From positions 1 through 52,683 of the IMG/VR virus record IMGVR_UViG_3300030329_005293: a stretch of 52,683 nucleotides of DNA. One strand, 5' to 3'. This document shows, piece by piece, positions 28,794 to 37,906 of the stretch (its first letter is position 1; every line of letters starts with the position of its first letter). The stretch comes from a virus. Taxonomy: Duplodnaviria > Caudoviricetes. A program made the translations under genes and the position numbers. Below the pieces are notes generated by a model, which saw only the letters and a list, made by a program, of their open reading frames with translations, did no database searches and had not been told where the DNA came from.

Positions 28794-30032
28794 ATGACCA
28801 GAAAAAGTTTTGATGCAAAATTGTTTGAGGAGCCTAACAAGTTTGTTTTCCCAAATTTTAGCACACCAAAGAATTTGTCTTTGGACATCAAACATGGCTG
28901 GGATTTCCGGCCATTGCCTGACAATATAGACATACATGGGTTTGGCGATTATGGCAAACCCAAGGAGAAAAAAGTGAGCCAGCAAGATGTTGTTTTTACC
29001 AAACCCCAGGATTACTGGGAGGATGGAAAAATATGGGTGTATCGAAGATACAGAGAAGGGCTTATCGATGCACTAGGCCGCAGAAATATTGGATCTTCTG
29101 TCGGGTCTCTGTGTACGACTCTACCAAGGCAATATGGCGGTGATCCACAGCAGGTATATGCTTCCATGATGCTGGCTGGACCGATGGACTTGGGCATGGA
29201 GATTCACGACCTGATTGTGGTGCCGCGAAAGAGGTTTGTGTTTCTTGGCCGGAATGGGCAGATATGGCTTTGCGAGAACTTTAAGTTGCCAAGGAAATGC
29301 CCAAAGGTTTCTCAGTTGACTTTGGAGGGGCGACAGATATGGGGGATGACCCTGTGCCAGCAGGTGATTGATGCATTAACCCCACACAATATCATGAGCC
29401 CGTTGATGCAAGCTAAGACGAGATATAGGCGCTTGTGTCGTGAGGTTGCCAGAGAGAGAGTCATCGCGGCCACGGCTCACGGGCGTCATCGTAGCTTGCA
29501 GGATTTTGCGCGAGGGGTCTCACCCAACTGGAATGATACAGACTTGGTATCTCCCAGACAGCCTACCATCAGGCATGCTGTTTTGTTCAGCTTGGTTTTA
29601 GCATTGGAGGCAAACTTGGCTGCGGATATTATCGAGCTCGCTGGCTTCATTGAGATGAAGATGCCTGTTATGAATCGGGCAAGCTCGTTGGCCGTGTACC
29701 AGTCATCGGTGGAGTTGTTGAGCCGATTATGCCCAGCTTGGTGGGCTCAGAGTTACATGACAAATTGGAAAAAAGTTGGCAGCATCGATACGTTGATGCG
29801 CCGCCAGTTCATCCGTATCATGAGCCATGCTTGGTCAGCCAACATACCTGCTGAAGCTGCCACTGGGATTGAGTTGCAACCTAAGCGGTCTGACCCTGAG
29901 TTCCAGTTCATGGCAGAAGCGATGGACATTAGGTTGCCAGTGTGGGATACGGAAAGAGAGGCACCGGCAGAAATGTTTGAGTTTCCACCAAAAAAGCCCC
30001 TCCCGGAAACACCAGAAGAGGCAAAAGATTAG
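28794..30032 (+). CDS. Hypothetical 412-aa protein
   Basis: Long ORF with no recognisable motif. Confidence 0.65.
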   Translation: MTRKSFDAKLFEEPNKFVFPNFSTPKNLSLDIKHGWDFRPLPDNIDIHGFGDYGKPKEKKVSQQDVVFTKPQDYWEDGKIWVYRRYREGLIDALGRRNIGSSVGSLCTTLPRQYGGDPQQVYASMMLAGPMDLGMEIHDLIVVPRKRFVFLGRNGQIWLCENFKLPRKCPKVSQLTLEGRQIWGMTLCQQVIDALTPHNIMSPLMQAKTRYRRLCREVARERVIAATAHGRHRSLQDFARGVSPNWNDTDLVSPRQPTIRHAVLFSLVLALEANLAADIIELAGFIEMKMPVMNRASSLAVYQSSVELLSRLCPAWWAQSYMTNWKKVGSIDTLMRRQFIRIMSHAWSANIPAEAATGIELQPKRSDPEFQFMAEAMDIRLPVWDTEREAPAEMFEFPPKKPLPETPEEAKD

Positions 30033-30043
30033 AGTGAAAAAGT

Positions 30044-30958
30044 CTAAGCTGAGACAGCTTTTGGGTTGGTTTTCAGAAAAGCCATGAGTTTGATGCGTTG
30101 GCCAGTGGTCATGCCAGAGGGACGAGGACGTTTGTTGGCTTCGCACCATTTAGCCACATCATCATATTTCAGTTTCAGTTCTCCTAGAGAAGCACAGAAC
30201 TTTTTTCTTTCGTTGTCGTTGAACGAGGGATGATGCTCTGCTGGCAGTTTTTCCACCGCATCAATTTGGGCTGCTTCAGATGCTGGCATGAGGGTTCGGC
30301 CATGGGCAGAGTCAGGCAGGAATTCTGTGAACTCCACCATGGGCATACGCTCACCAGTTTTTTTCGTTCCTGTTCGGTCTTTGATGATCAAGTCTCCATC
30401 TCTGCGAGATTCAATCACAACATTGGCAAGGAATGGAGTAGACTTTTCAAACTCACCTGAATAGCCTTGTTTGACTCCATTGGGGTCAGTCACGTCTTTC
30501 CCCCGAGCGGTCATGATAACATGGCATTTGGCAGACATAAGTTTGGCCATAATATCTTTGTAATTTCTTTTGAGTTTGCCCCAAGTGCCTACGTCGAAGA
30601 ACACGTCTTCTGGCTGACATCGTTTCTTACGACACATTTTTTCGATGTGGCCTTGTTGCAAAGAAGCCCAGATCATGCTGATGGGATCAATGACCAGAGT
30701 GCCTACCCGTCCTTTTGGGAGAGAGCAAACCTCACGGATGGCTTTTTGTGCCTCGATGTGGCTACTGGTGCAGATGATATATGCCTCTTTTCCGGCCACC
30801 AGGTCTGAATAATCAGTACTCCCATTTTCCATGTCGATGATGTATACTGGAGAGGGCATACGCAGAGCTCTGCGTGTTTTTTGTGTGCCAGGATCGCCAT
30901 ATACCAATAGTTTGAGATAGCCCCTAGTTGGGGGAAATTTCTTAAATACAGATGCCAT
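30044..30958 (-). CDS. AAA_24/Sak4-like ATPase (phage recombination protein)
   Basis: LLVYGDPGTQKT Walker A, IIDMENG, LVIDPIS Walker B and HVIMTAR. Confidence 0.85.
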   Translation of the reverse strand: MASVFKKFPPTRGYLKLLVYGDPGTQKTRRALRMPSPVYIIDMENGSTDYSDLVAGKEAYIICTSSHIEAQKAIREVCSLPKGRVGTLVIDPISMIWASLQQGHIEKMCRKKRCQPEDVFFDVGTWGKLKRNYKDIMAKLMSAKCHVIMTARGKDVTDPNGVKQGYSGEFEKSTPFLANVVIESRRDGDLIIKDRTGTKKTGERMPMVEFTEFLPDSAHGRTLMPASEAAQIDAVEKLPAEHHPSFNDNERKKFCASLGELKLKYDDVAKWCEANKRPRPSGMTTGQRIKLMAFLKTNPKAVSA

Positions 30959-31010
30959 GATAACTCCATGTTTAGTGTGGCCTGAATAGTGTATCTCTTA
31001 GTTTATAAGA

Positions 31011-31466
31011 ATGTCAAGGAGAAAGATGAAATTAGTTCTAGATATACCCCTAAAGGGACGAGCTTGCCCCCGACCCAGACGATCAGGGAAGGGGGGTGTC
31101 TTTATGCCCAAGGCATATAGAGACTGGAAAGAAGAGGCCATACAATTGCTTCAAAACGCCACTGATATTAGGGGCATCGAGCTCTGCGAGATTGAGATGA
31201 CTTTTTTGTTCAAAAAACCCAAGCGCTTGAAGAAAACCACTGGTCGTGTTCCACGTGGAACCGCTCCAGATACAGACAATTTGGCGAAGGGAATTCTTGA
31301 CAGCTTGGAGCAATCAGGAATTTTGATCAACGATAAATTTGTGTACAAAATAACAGCCTCAAAATGGTGGAAAAGTTCCTCGGAGTCGGAATCTATACAA
31401 ATAATTATAAGCACAGAAAAAGAAAAGTCTTGCACTTCTAATAACAATCTCTTACTATTCTCTTAG
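31011..31466 (+). CDS. rusA: RusA-family Holliday junction resolvase
   Basis: Motifs PRPR, PDTDNLAKGILDSL and GILINDKFV. Confidence 0.88.
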   Translation: MSRRKMKLVLDIPLKGRACPRPRRSGKGGVFMPKAYRDWKEEAIQLLQNATDIRGIELCEIEMTFLFKKPKRLKKTTGRVPRGTAPDTDNLAKGILDSLEQSGILINDKFVYKITASKWWKSSSESESIQIIISTEKEKSCTSNNNLLLFS

Positions 31467-31502
31467 TGTTCTCTTACTTTTTAGAGGCACAAGGAGTTTA
31501 AC

Positions 31503-31853
31503 ATGAGTACGACAGGACGAGTTAGCGTCAACCACGGAAGGTTACGCGCATGGATAGCTGAGAACTACGGTCAGAATTGGAGAGGTAAGCCCACCACCTC
31601 TGCTTTGGATCATTTTCGCATTGACCTCAACAAAGCTGGCTCATCGGCGGTGCCGAAGTTCCGCAAAATTAAAACCACGACCAGTATTTTTTACTGGCTT
31701 GACACTTCTCGAAGTCCAACCACACCAAAGGATGCGACGAAGAGAGCTATCCATACCCTGACTGGCGGTGCCGTGAATCGGGATGACTGGACAAAAATCA
31801 TCCATATCATCGAGCGATACGACCTAGCTGGCTGGACCCCCCCAAAAATATAG
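31503..31853 (+). CDS. Hypothetical basic protein, possibly Cro-like DNA-binding
   Basis: AAGGAG RBS; C-terminal AIHTLTGGAVNRDDW is reminiscent of Cro-like proteins. Confidence 0.5.
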   Translation: MSTTGRVSVNHGRLRAWIAENYGQNWRGKPTTSALDHFRIDLNKAGSSAVPKFRKIKTTTSIFYWLDTSRSPTTPKDATKRAIHTLTGGAVNRDDWTKIIHIIERYDLAGWTPPKI

Positions 31854-31862
31854 GAGTTGATA

Positions 31863-32723
31863 ATGTTTGATGTACACACTTGGAACATACCCCATATGTC
31901 GATGCACCCTTGCCCACGCGAGGGGTGGAAGGTGACCAACACTATTCCACAATGGAGTCGCAACACAGACTTTCCCATGAGACATTTTATCAATGTACAC
32001 GAGGTTGTAGAGCAGAAAGAGGATGTCATGCTCTGGACGCCAAACCAGTGGAAAGAGGGGAACAAGCCCACCAACGAGAATGTTCATGAGACACACGCAT
32101 TTGTTTGTGACTTTGACAAGATATCGGTGATGGATGCCAAGGTTATTTTTGCCAAGCTGAAAGGTTTTGCCTACATTGCTCATGCGAGCTACAGCCACAA
32201 ACCTTTACTGCCAAGTTTTCGGGTTATCTTACCAGTATCTCGGCCCATTAAGCCTGAAGAGTTCAAGCGAGTCTGGTGGGAGGTACAAGCCATTTTTCCA
32301 AAACTCGACAAGTCGTGCAAGGACCCCAGAAGATTGTGGTATCTGCCATCGTGCCATTCCGAGCGGAAGCGGTTCTACTGGAGCTCAGCAAAGAATGGAG
32401 ACATTTTTGTTGATGTCGATGCGTTGTTGCAACAGTCATTGAAGCGTAAGCCTCCTAGGAAGAAAGCACCTCCACCAAAGTTCTCCAACACCGAGGATGC
32501 TCTGAATTATGGTATCAGCAAAGATAAGTTTGTGAGAATTCAGATAGCCGAACAACTAGGCGCAAAGATAATGGAGCGAGGGGTGGCAGTGGGCGTGAAA
32601 TGCCCAAATTGTCATCGCAACAGTGTATGGTTCACACTACAGCCAACGGATGGTGGTTGGGCTCGGTGCAACCACCTTAATAAGTGTGGATGGTTCGGAC
32701 AACTAACAGAATTCATGGAGTAG
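31863..32723 (+). CDS. AEP-superfamily primase with C-terminal zinc finger
   Basis: Motifs VCDFD, HASYSH, FRVILPVSRPI and DKSCKDPRRLWYLPS; CPNC...CNH..KC. Confidence 0.75.
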   Translation: MFDVHTWNIPHMSMHPCPREGWKVTNTIPQWSRNTDFPMRHFINVHEVVEQKEDVMLWTPNQWKEGNKPTNENVHETHAFVCDFDKISVMDAKVIFAKLKGFAYIAHASYSHKPLLPSFRVILPVSRPIKPEEFKRVWWEVQAIFPKLDKSCKDPRRLWYLPSCHSERKRFYWSSAKNGDIFVDVDALLQQSLKRKPPRKKAPPPKFSNTEDALNYGISKDKFVRIQIAEQLGAKIMERGVAVGVKCPNCHRNSVWFTLQPTDGGWARCNHLNKCGWFGQLTEFME

Positions 32724-32725
32724 AA

Positions 32726-34108
32726 ATGAGCAAGAAACCACAAAACACACAAAAACCCAATATCAGAGTGGTCAAGCGAGATGACCTGGTGGTGCCTGAG
32801 AAGCTGATTGACCCTGCATTGAGACCCGACAAGGATGTCTTGGCCCAGCTAACCTTGAATCCGGTCAAGTTCACGGCTGATGGTGAACGCAAGGGAGGCA
32901 ACCCCAAGCGCATCAAACTCAACCTTAGACGTATCATCATGAGTGATCCACGCATCAAAGACAAATACAGATTCAATCTCTTTTCCGGGATGCTCATGGA
33001 AGGGGACAAACCAATGCCAAAGTATGGGTACACGGACTTACAGTTGTGGGTATCCGAGGTGTATGGGCTGGAGTATGGGCTGGAGACCATCATCGCATTG
33101 GTGGACTGGTACGCTGAGAAGCATCGCAGTTACAATCCAATCCGAGAATACTTGGAAGCATTGGATTGGGACCCGAAGACAGATAAACCCAATCTGCATA
33201 TGTTGTTCCCAAAATATTTTGGTGCGAAAGATACAAAATTGAACCGTGTTTTAGGTATGCGTTGGATATTGGGTATGGTAGCCAGAGGGTTATTGCCCGA
33301 TGATGACACTGAGGGGATCAAGGTTGATCACATCACAATTTTTTGTGGCAGACAAAACCAGTACAAGGGTCGAGCATTAGAGGCATTGGCATCGGCTGAG
33401 TTCTTCTCTGATTCCAAGCTGGAGATTGACAAGAAGGACTTGTATGAGAGTATTCATTCTGGCATTTGGTTGTGGGAGATCCCTGAACTACACAATCTGT
33501 TTGCCAAGGGTGACAATACGACCAAAGCCGTGCTGAGTTCTAAGAGAGATAGATGGAGGCCCCCTCATGCTCGTGGAGGAGTGCAGCGCGTTGCTCCCCG
33601 GCGGGGGTTGATTGTGGGCACCAGCAATGACACTGAGATATTGACTGATCCTACTGGGGCTCGACGGTACTGGCCCGTCACGGTAGAAAGGAAATGTGAT
33701 GTAGAAGCAATCAAACGCGATAGAGACAAACTTTTTGCCGAAGCGGTCTACTTGCTAAAGGTGAAAAAAGAGCAAACTTGGCTGACTGAAACAGAGGAGG
33801 GATGGTTGAAAGATTCACAGATTGAGTACACGCTGAGTGATTCATGGGAAGATGGAGTATCGAAAGCATTGGAGCGTTTTCCTCATGGTATCAGTTTGGG
33901 GGATATTCTGAAAGGCGAGCCGAAAAATGATATTAACAGCCGACCCCAGTGGGGAGTAGGTCTGCCCATCGAGAAGCATCATTCTGGATATATCAGAAGG
34001 GTAGCTGGTATTTGTCAGAAGTTGGGAGCTTCCAAGTTTAGGAAGACAATCGACGGTCGGAAAGTCACTTTGTGGAAGTTGCCAGCGGTGGGGCAACCAG
34101 AAGAGTAG
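32726..34108 (+). CDS. VirE/VapE-family P-loop helicase
   Basis: Motifs YNPIREYL..L.WD, GRQNQYKG, WEIPEL and IVGTSNDTEILTDPTGARRYWPV. Confidence 0.85.
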   Translation: MSKKPQNTQKPNIRVVKRDDLVVPEKLIDPALRPDKDVLAQLTLNPVKFTADGERKGGNPKRIKLNLRRIIMSDPRIKDKYRFNLFSGMLMEGDKPMPKYGYTDLQLWVSEVYGLEYGLETIIALVDWYAEKHRSYNPIREYLEALDWDPKTDKPNLHMLFPKYFGAKDTKLNRVLGMRWILGMVARGLLPDDDTEGIKVDHITIFCGRQNQYKGRALEALASAEFFSDSKLEIDKKDLYESIHSGIWLWEIPELHNLFAKGDNTTKAVLSSKRDRWRPPHARGGVQRVAPRRGLIVGTSNDTEILTDPTGARRYWPVTVERKCDVEAIKRDRDKLFAEAVYLLKVKKEQTWLTETEEGWLKDSQIEYTLSDSWEDGVSKALERFPHGISLGDILKGEPKNDINSRPQWGVGLPIEKHHSGYIRRVAGICQKLGASKFRKTIDGRKVTLWKLPAVGQPEE

Positions 34109-34132
34109 TTATCTGCGGTGTTTTAGAATATT

Positions 34133-34161
34133 AAGGCAGTCTTTATGGCTGTCTTTTTTTT
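34133..34161 (+). terminator. Intrinsic terminator after the helicase
   Basis: Stem aaggcagtc/ggctgtctt (with G-U pairs) followed by a T-tract. Confidence 0.65.
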
Positions 34162-34164
34162 GCT

Positions 34165-34370
34165 TTGGACACCATAAGTGGACACCATGGACATGATAGA
34201 CCACCATCTTTCATAACTTCCAGTAAGGTGCTCTCTGCCTCATTCCCCTCTATATATACTATATACTATATATATAGTTGTCCTGTATAGTACGTATAGG
34301 GCAGACTGGGAATCGTAGACTGGACAGGATAGAGGACACCCAAAATATTTTGCCTGTCCCGTGTCCCCTT
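34165..34370. other. Putative replication origin
   Basis: Repeated GGACA(CCAT) motifs in both orientations around an AT-rich TATATA tract, directly after primase-helicase. Confidence 0.45.
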
Positions 34371-34412
34371 AAAAACAAAAAAGGGGGAGAGCCGACCAAC
34401 AGACTCTCCCCC
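34371..34412 (-). terminator. Intrinsic terminator
   Basis: 9-bp stem gggggagag/ctctccccc with an adjacent A-tract (U-tract on the minus strand). Confidence 0.65.
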
Positions 34413-34450
34413 AACGTACACAAACCGAGTTGAAAACTCATGGCAGTATA

Positions 34451-34678
34451 TCACTTTCTGGGAAGCCGTAACAGCCAGTTCATCTTGTCCACTTTCTTCC
34501 AGAGGTAGTACATTCTTAGCATCAATCGTTCGGGTGACTGGGCTCCTTCGTTTTTCCCGAAAATAACGGCAAGGTAGATGGCCACGTCTATTAGTTCCTC
34601 AGTGGGGACCCCTTTTTGCTCCAGTTCATAAAAGAATTTGATTGCTGATTTTGCTGTGTCAAGGCTTTTGTCATCCAT
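34451..34678 (-). CDS. Hypothetical protein
   Basis: GAGGA RBS before MDDK. Confidence 0.5.
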   Translation of the reverse strand: MDDKSLDTAKSAIKFFYELEQKGVPTEELIDVAIYLAVIFGKNEGAQSPERLMLRMYYLWKKVDKMNWLLRLPRK

Positions 34679-34731
34679 ACCATCCTCGAGATAATGTGAT
34701 AATAGAATAGTATTACCACACGGAGAAAACA

Positions 34732-35124
34732 ATGGAAGAATTTTATTCTTACTTCTTTGACTACGGTGCTATGGGTCTTTTTGCAGCTTGGTTGGCGTAT
34801 AACAATTTCCAACAAAAAAAGGCAGAGGATTCTAGAGTAACAAAATTCCAAGATCAACTAGACAAAATACGATTGGAGTCAAAAGAGGAGGTCGAAAAAA
34901 TACGAGCAAGATATGATGGTGTGTTGGATGAGTACCGGGAGGAACGCACCATGGTTCGGGAGCGCTTGGGAGCCAATATCAAAGAGGTTTCTCGTCAAGT
35001 GGAGGGTATGGAGTCAACCATGCGAGGCATTGAGACAGTCTCATCCGAGATTCGGACGATAATGAGAGAATATCAGGAGCATCGCAAGTTGGAGGCGATG
35101 ATAAAAGCCAAAGGAGATTCTTAG
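34732..35124 (+). CDS. Single-TM coiled-coil protein, BhlA/UviB-holin-like
   Basis: YGAMGLFAAWL TM segment followed by a charged coiled coil; GGAG RBS. Confidence 0.55.
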   Translation: MEEFYSYFFDYGAMGLFAAWLAYNNFQQKKAEDSRVTKFQDQLDKIRLESKEEVEKIRARYDGVLDEYREERTMVRERLGANIKEVSRQVEGMESTMRGIETVSSEIRTIMREYQEHRKLEAMIKAKGDS

Positions 35125-35528
35125 CGTTTGTACTTGTGTTTATATCTTCGATAAGAACTGTTTTCCCAAGGCTTCCTCTTCCGTGGAGGCCATCTTTTTT
35201 TATGGGTCCTGGCCCATCCTCTGGCTGTGTTTTGTGCTGCGCTGGGTGAGCACCCAAAGTCGAGCCCAATATCTATCCAGGACTCTCCTGAGTGGTATGC
35301 AGCGTAGAACATGGCTCCTCTGGAGAGGATGAGTACTGGCCATTTGAGTTTTTCTCTAATGGCGTATCGTTTTGCTGCACTTCGGGCTCCTTCGATGGAT
35401 TTATATTCGAGTCGTGTAGCAATAATTTGCCATGACACTCGGCATCTTTGTCGCATCCAGTACGCTGCAGCTCCGCGAGTCTGCCAAGTTGTCTTATTTG
35501 GTCTCGGTCTGTGTTGATCGTTGTCCAA
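35121..35528 (-). CDS. Tandem HTH-WP repeat protein (2 repeats)
   Basis: AAYWMR..SWQIIA..AKRYA..LKWP and FY..SWIDIG..ARGWA..RWP; TTG start. Confidence 0.7.
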   Translation of the reverse strand: MDNDQHRPRPNKTTWQTRGAAAYWMRQRCRVSWQIIATRLEYKSIEGARSAAKRYAIREKLKWPVLILSRGAMFYAAYHSGESWIDIGLDFGCSPSAAQNTARGWARTHKKRWPPRKRKPWENSSYRRYKHKYKR

Positions 35529-35642
35529 AATTTGTCCATTTATTCAAACTCGTTGTAATTTGTATGTATTTAGCAGAAAAAGCCAAAAAAAACACACAAA
35601 TTGCATCAAATAGGTTAATCTTATTTAATAAGAGGAGGGTAT

Positions 35643-36083
35643 ATGCAGCCCATCAGAACAACAAACAGAATGTTGGAGACAACCTTGGTTGTTTCGAGAC
35701 ATACCGAGCTTCCAAAGCTGTTGGTAGAGCGAGAAATATTGGCTCCAAGGCGTTATCACAAGATAGATTTCCCCACCCCTAACTGGATGCGAGTAATTCA
35801 CACTGCTCCAGAGTATGTCCGGGGCAGAAACTTGATAACAACGCAGAATGAGCTCCCCTTATTCATGGCAGTGTTGGCCCGGTCGGTAACTGTCATTCCT
35901 TTGTCGATGACTTGGGATGATCGCAGGGCTCGGTTCATCCCCTTGGATCGGTTGAGAGAGATAGCTGGAGACCCGATTTACTTCTCGGTCTTGCAGCATC
36001 CAGAGAGTGTAGACAAAAAGCGAATCTTCGCGGAACTGCTGGATGAAAAAGTGCCATGTTGCTGGAGAGAAGATGTCACGTAG
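35643..36083 (+). CDS. Hypothetical protein
   Basis: GAGGAGG RBS; first gene of the plus-strand regulatory operon. Confidence 0.6.
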   Translation: MQPIRTTNRMLETTLVVSRHTELPKLLVEREILAPRRYHKIDFPTPNWMRVIHTAPEYVRGRNLITTQNELPLFMAVLARSVTVIPLSMTWDDRRARFIPLDRLREIAGDPIYFSVLQHPESVDKKRIFAELLDEKVPCCWREDVT

Positions 36084-36579
36084 GCGTTTAGATGGCAAAA
36101 GAATTTACCGAACTAGAAAAAACACAAGGGCCAGTTGGGATGCGATTGGTAAAAAATACAAATGTGGCAGCAAGTCAGCGTTACGTGCCGCCAAGAGATA
36201 TGCAATAGAGAACAAACACCCGTGGCCGATTCACCGTCTTTCTGCCGCTGAGATGGCATACGAAGATCGTGTGCAGGGTTATTCGTGGGCTGAGATAGCC
36301 AAGGGGTTAAACATGCAAAACCCTGATTCAGCTCGACGAGCCGCCTATCGATATGCAGCCCTTAATGATTTAAATTGGCCGCCTGGAGAGGATGGAAAGC
36401 CGATACCAAAAGAGAAGCCGGAGACATTGTACAGCATGGCTTTATCGGTGTACCAGTATCGATTGGCCACCCAAAAAACTTGGGGAGAAATAGGAAAACA
36501 CTTTGGATTGAAGCATACGTATGCTTACACAATGGTAAGGCGCTATGTTCGGGAGAACAATTTGCCATGGCCCATATGA
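36073..36579 (+). CDS. Tandem HTH-WP repeat protein (3 repeats)
   Basis: Three units ending HPWP, LNWP and LPWP; GGAG RBS. Confidence 0.75.
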   Translation: MSRRRLDGKRIYRTRKNTRASWDAIGKKYKCGSKSALRAAKRYAIENKHPWPIHRLSAAEMAYEDRVQGYSWAEIAKGLNMQNPDSARRAAYRYAALNDLNWPPGEDGKPIPKEKPETLYSMALSVYQYRLATQKTWGEIGKHFGLKHTYAYTMVRRYVRENNLPWPI

Positions 36580-36833
36580 GTGAATTTGGAATGTGGTTGC
36601 ACACAGAGACCAAGCGCAGTGGTTTGATCAAGCGCGACTTGGCCTTTCATTCTGGGGTTACCCCTCAGATGATAAGTTCGTATGTACGTGGCAAGGCATC
36701 CCCCACGATGTTGACTTTCCGTTGTATTTGTGAAGCCTTGGCATATTTCCAAGGTCGTTTGGTAGGTTTAAGTAAAAGTGAGATAGAATTGTTATCAGCC
36801 GAGTTGATGGTGGCTGGATTGAGGCGAATATGA
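36576..36833 (+). CDS. XRE-family HTH transcriptional regulator
   Basis: FGMWL..RDLA..SGVTPQMISSYVRGKASPT; ATGA coupling. Confidence 0.8.
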   Translation: MSEFGMWLHTETKRSGLIKRDLAFHSGVTPQMISSYVRGKASPTMLTFRCICEALAYFQGRLVGLSKSEIELLSAELMVAGLRRI

Positions 36834-36925
36834 ATGACATTGAATTTTGGGAAAACTGGGGCTTAGTGATTGGATTGTGTCTATTTTTTAGCTCATTCTA
36901 TATTTGGTCGTGGGTACTGCCATGA
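36830..36925 (+). CDS. 31-aa membrane peptide (not in the ORF track)
   Basis: MNDIEFWENWGLVIGLCLFFSSFYIWSWVLP, with ATGA overlaps at both ends. Confidence 0.55.
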   Translation: MNDIEFWENWGLVIGLCLFFSSFYIWSWVLP

Positions 36926-37209
36926 GGTGTATTTGTGGCCAGTCCCTCAGCAGCAGCTTTGCAGAACGGTTGGGAAAGCCGACTTTGCAAGAGGGTCATC
37001 AAAAAATATGGGTATTGGGAGCCGTTGCGAGTCGAACAACCCCCCCTCGATGGTTGTGCCATATCTATTCAACAGGTCGTTGTATCCATTCCTTAATGGT
37101 GACCAATGGCAAACTGTGTGAGACCCCGGACCAAGCCGAGACCGCAGCCTTGGCTTTGGCCAAACAGATGATAAGACCTATAAAACCTCAACAACTAACC
37201 TTATGGTGA
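36922..37209 (+). CDS. Hypothetical protein
   Basis: MRCICGQ..., ATGA-coupled to the upstream peptide. Confidence 0.5.
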   Translation: MRCICGQSLSSSFAERLGKPTLQEGHQKIWVLGAVASRTTPPRWLCHIYSTGRCIHSLMVTNGKLCETPDQAETAALALAKQMIRPIKPQQLTLW

Positions 37210-37538
37210 TGAGAATGAAAGATGCAGACCGAGCTTACCATCTTCGTCGGATTGGTAGATTAAAGTGGAGAGAGATAGCTGAAAAGACCCAGTATTCTTC
37301 AAAGGAGGGAGCGAACATGGCTGCTGCCGCCTTTGCCAAGAGGCACAATTTAGAGTGGCCTTTACCGTTACCATTGAGCAATGGTGAGCTGGCGTATTGT
37401 TTTGCTCGTGAGTCAAAAGAGTGGGATGACATTGCAGAGATGCTGCACATTCCCAGTGTCAAGCGTTGTCGCAATGCGGCTAGACATTATGCTTCTAGAC
37501 ACAAACTCCCATGGCCTCCAGCTTGGATTAAAGAATGA
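37203..37538 (+). CDS. Tandem HTH-WP repeat protein (2 repeats)
   Basis: AYHLR..KWREIA..LEWP and AYCF..EWDDIA..LPWP. Confidence 0.75.
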   Translation: MVMRMKDADRAYHLRRIGRLKWREIAEKTQYSSKEGANMAAAAFAKRHNLEWPLPLPLSNGELAYCFARESKEWDDIAEMLHIPSVKRCRNAARHYASRHKLPWPPAWIKE

Positions 37539-37864
37539 AGAAGAAACAGCGCATCGAAGCCCAAGAGAAAGCCTATAAAATGCGAAAGCGAACCCGCATG
37601 TTTTGGTCTCAGATTGCGACCCACACTGGATATGGTTGTGCCAGTAGCTGCCATGCGGGAGCGAGAGCTTATGCCCTTAGAAACAAACAGCCGTGGCCAT
37701 TACCTGGAGCCTTAACAAAAGCAGAAATGGCTTATGAAGACTTGAAAGATGGTGATTCTTTTGAGGAGATACGTAAAACCTTGGGATTAGCCACCAAAGA
37801 AAGGGCTTTAAAGTACGCATGGTCATGGGCCATGAGCAACAATCTACCATGGCCTCCTAGGTGA
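37535..37864 (+). CDS. Tandem HTH-WP repeat protein (2 repeats)
   Basis: AYKMR..FWSQIA..QPWP and AYED..SFEEIR..LPWP. Confidence 0.75.
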   Translation: MKKKQRIEAQEKAYKMRKRTRMFWSQIATHTGYGCASSCHAGARAYALRNKQPWPLPGALTKAEMAYEDLKDGDSFEEIRKTLGLATKERALKYAWSWAMSNNLPWPPR

Positions 37865-37906
37865 AAAGCCCAAACCACCACCAAAGGGCCAGCTAGGACT
37901 CTTCAA

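Noticed and set aside
28334-28933. 199-aa minus-strand ORF
   Set aside because: It overlaps two better-supported genes and has no convincing RBS or motif.
36576-36833. XRE gene as evidence of a temperate lifestyle
   Set aside because: No integrase, att site or partition system was seen, and the gene is mid-operon with no peptidase domain.
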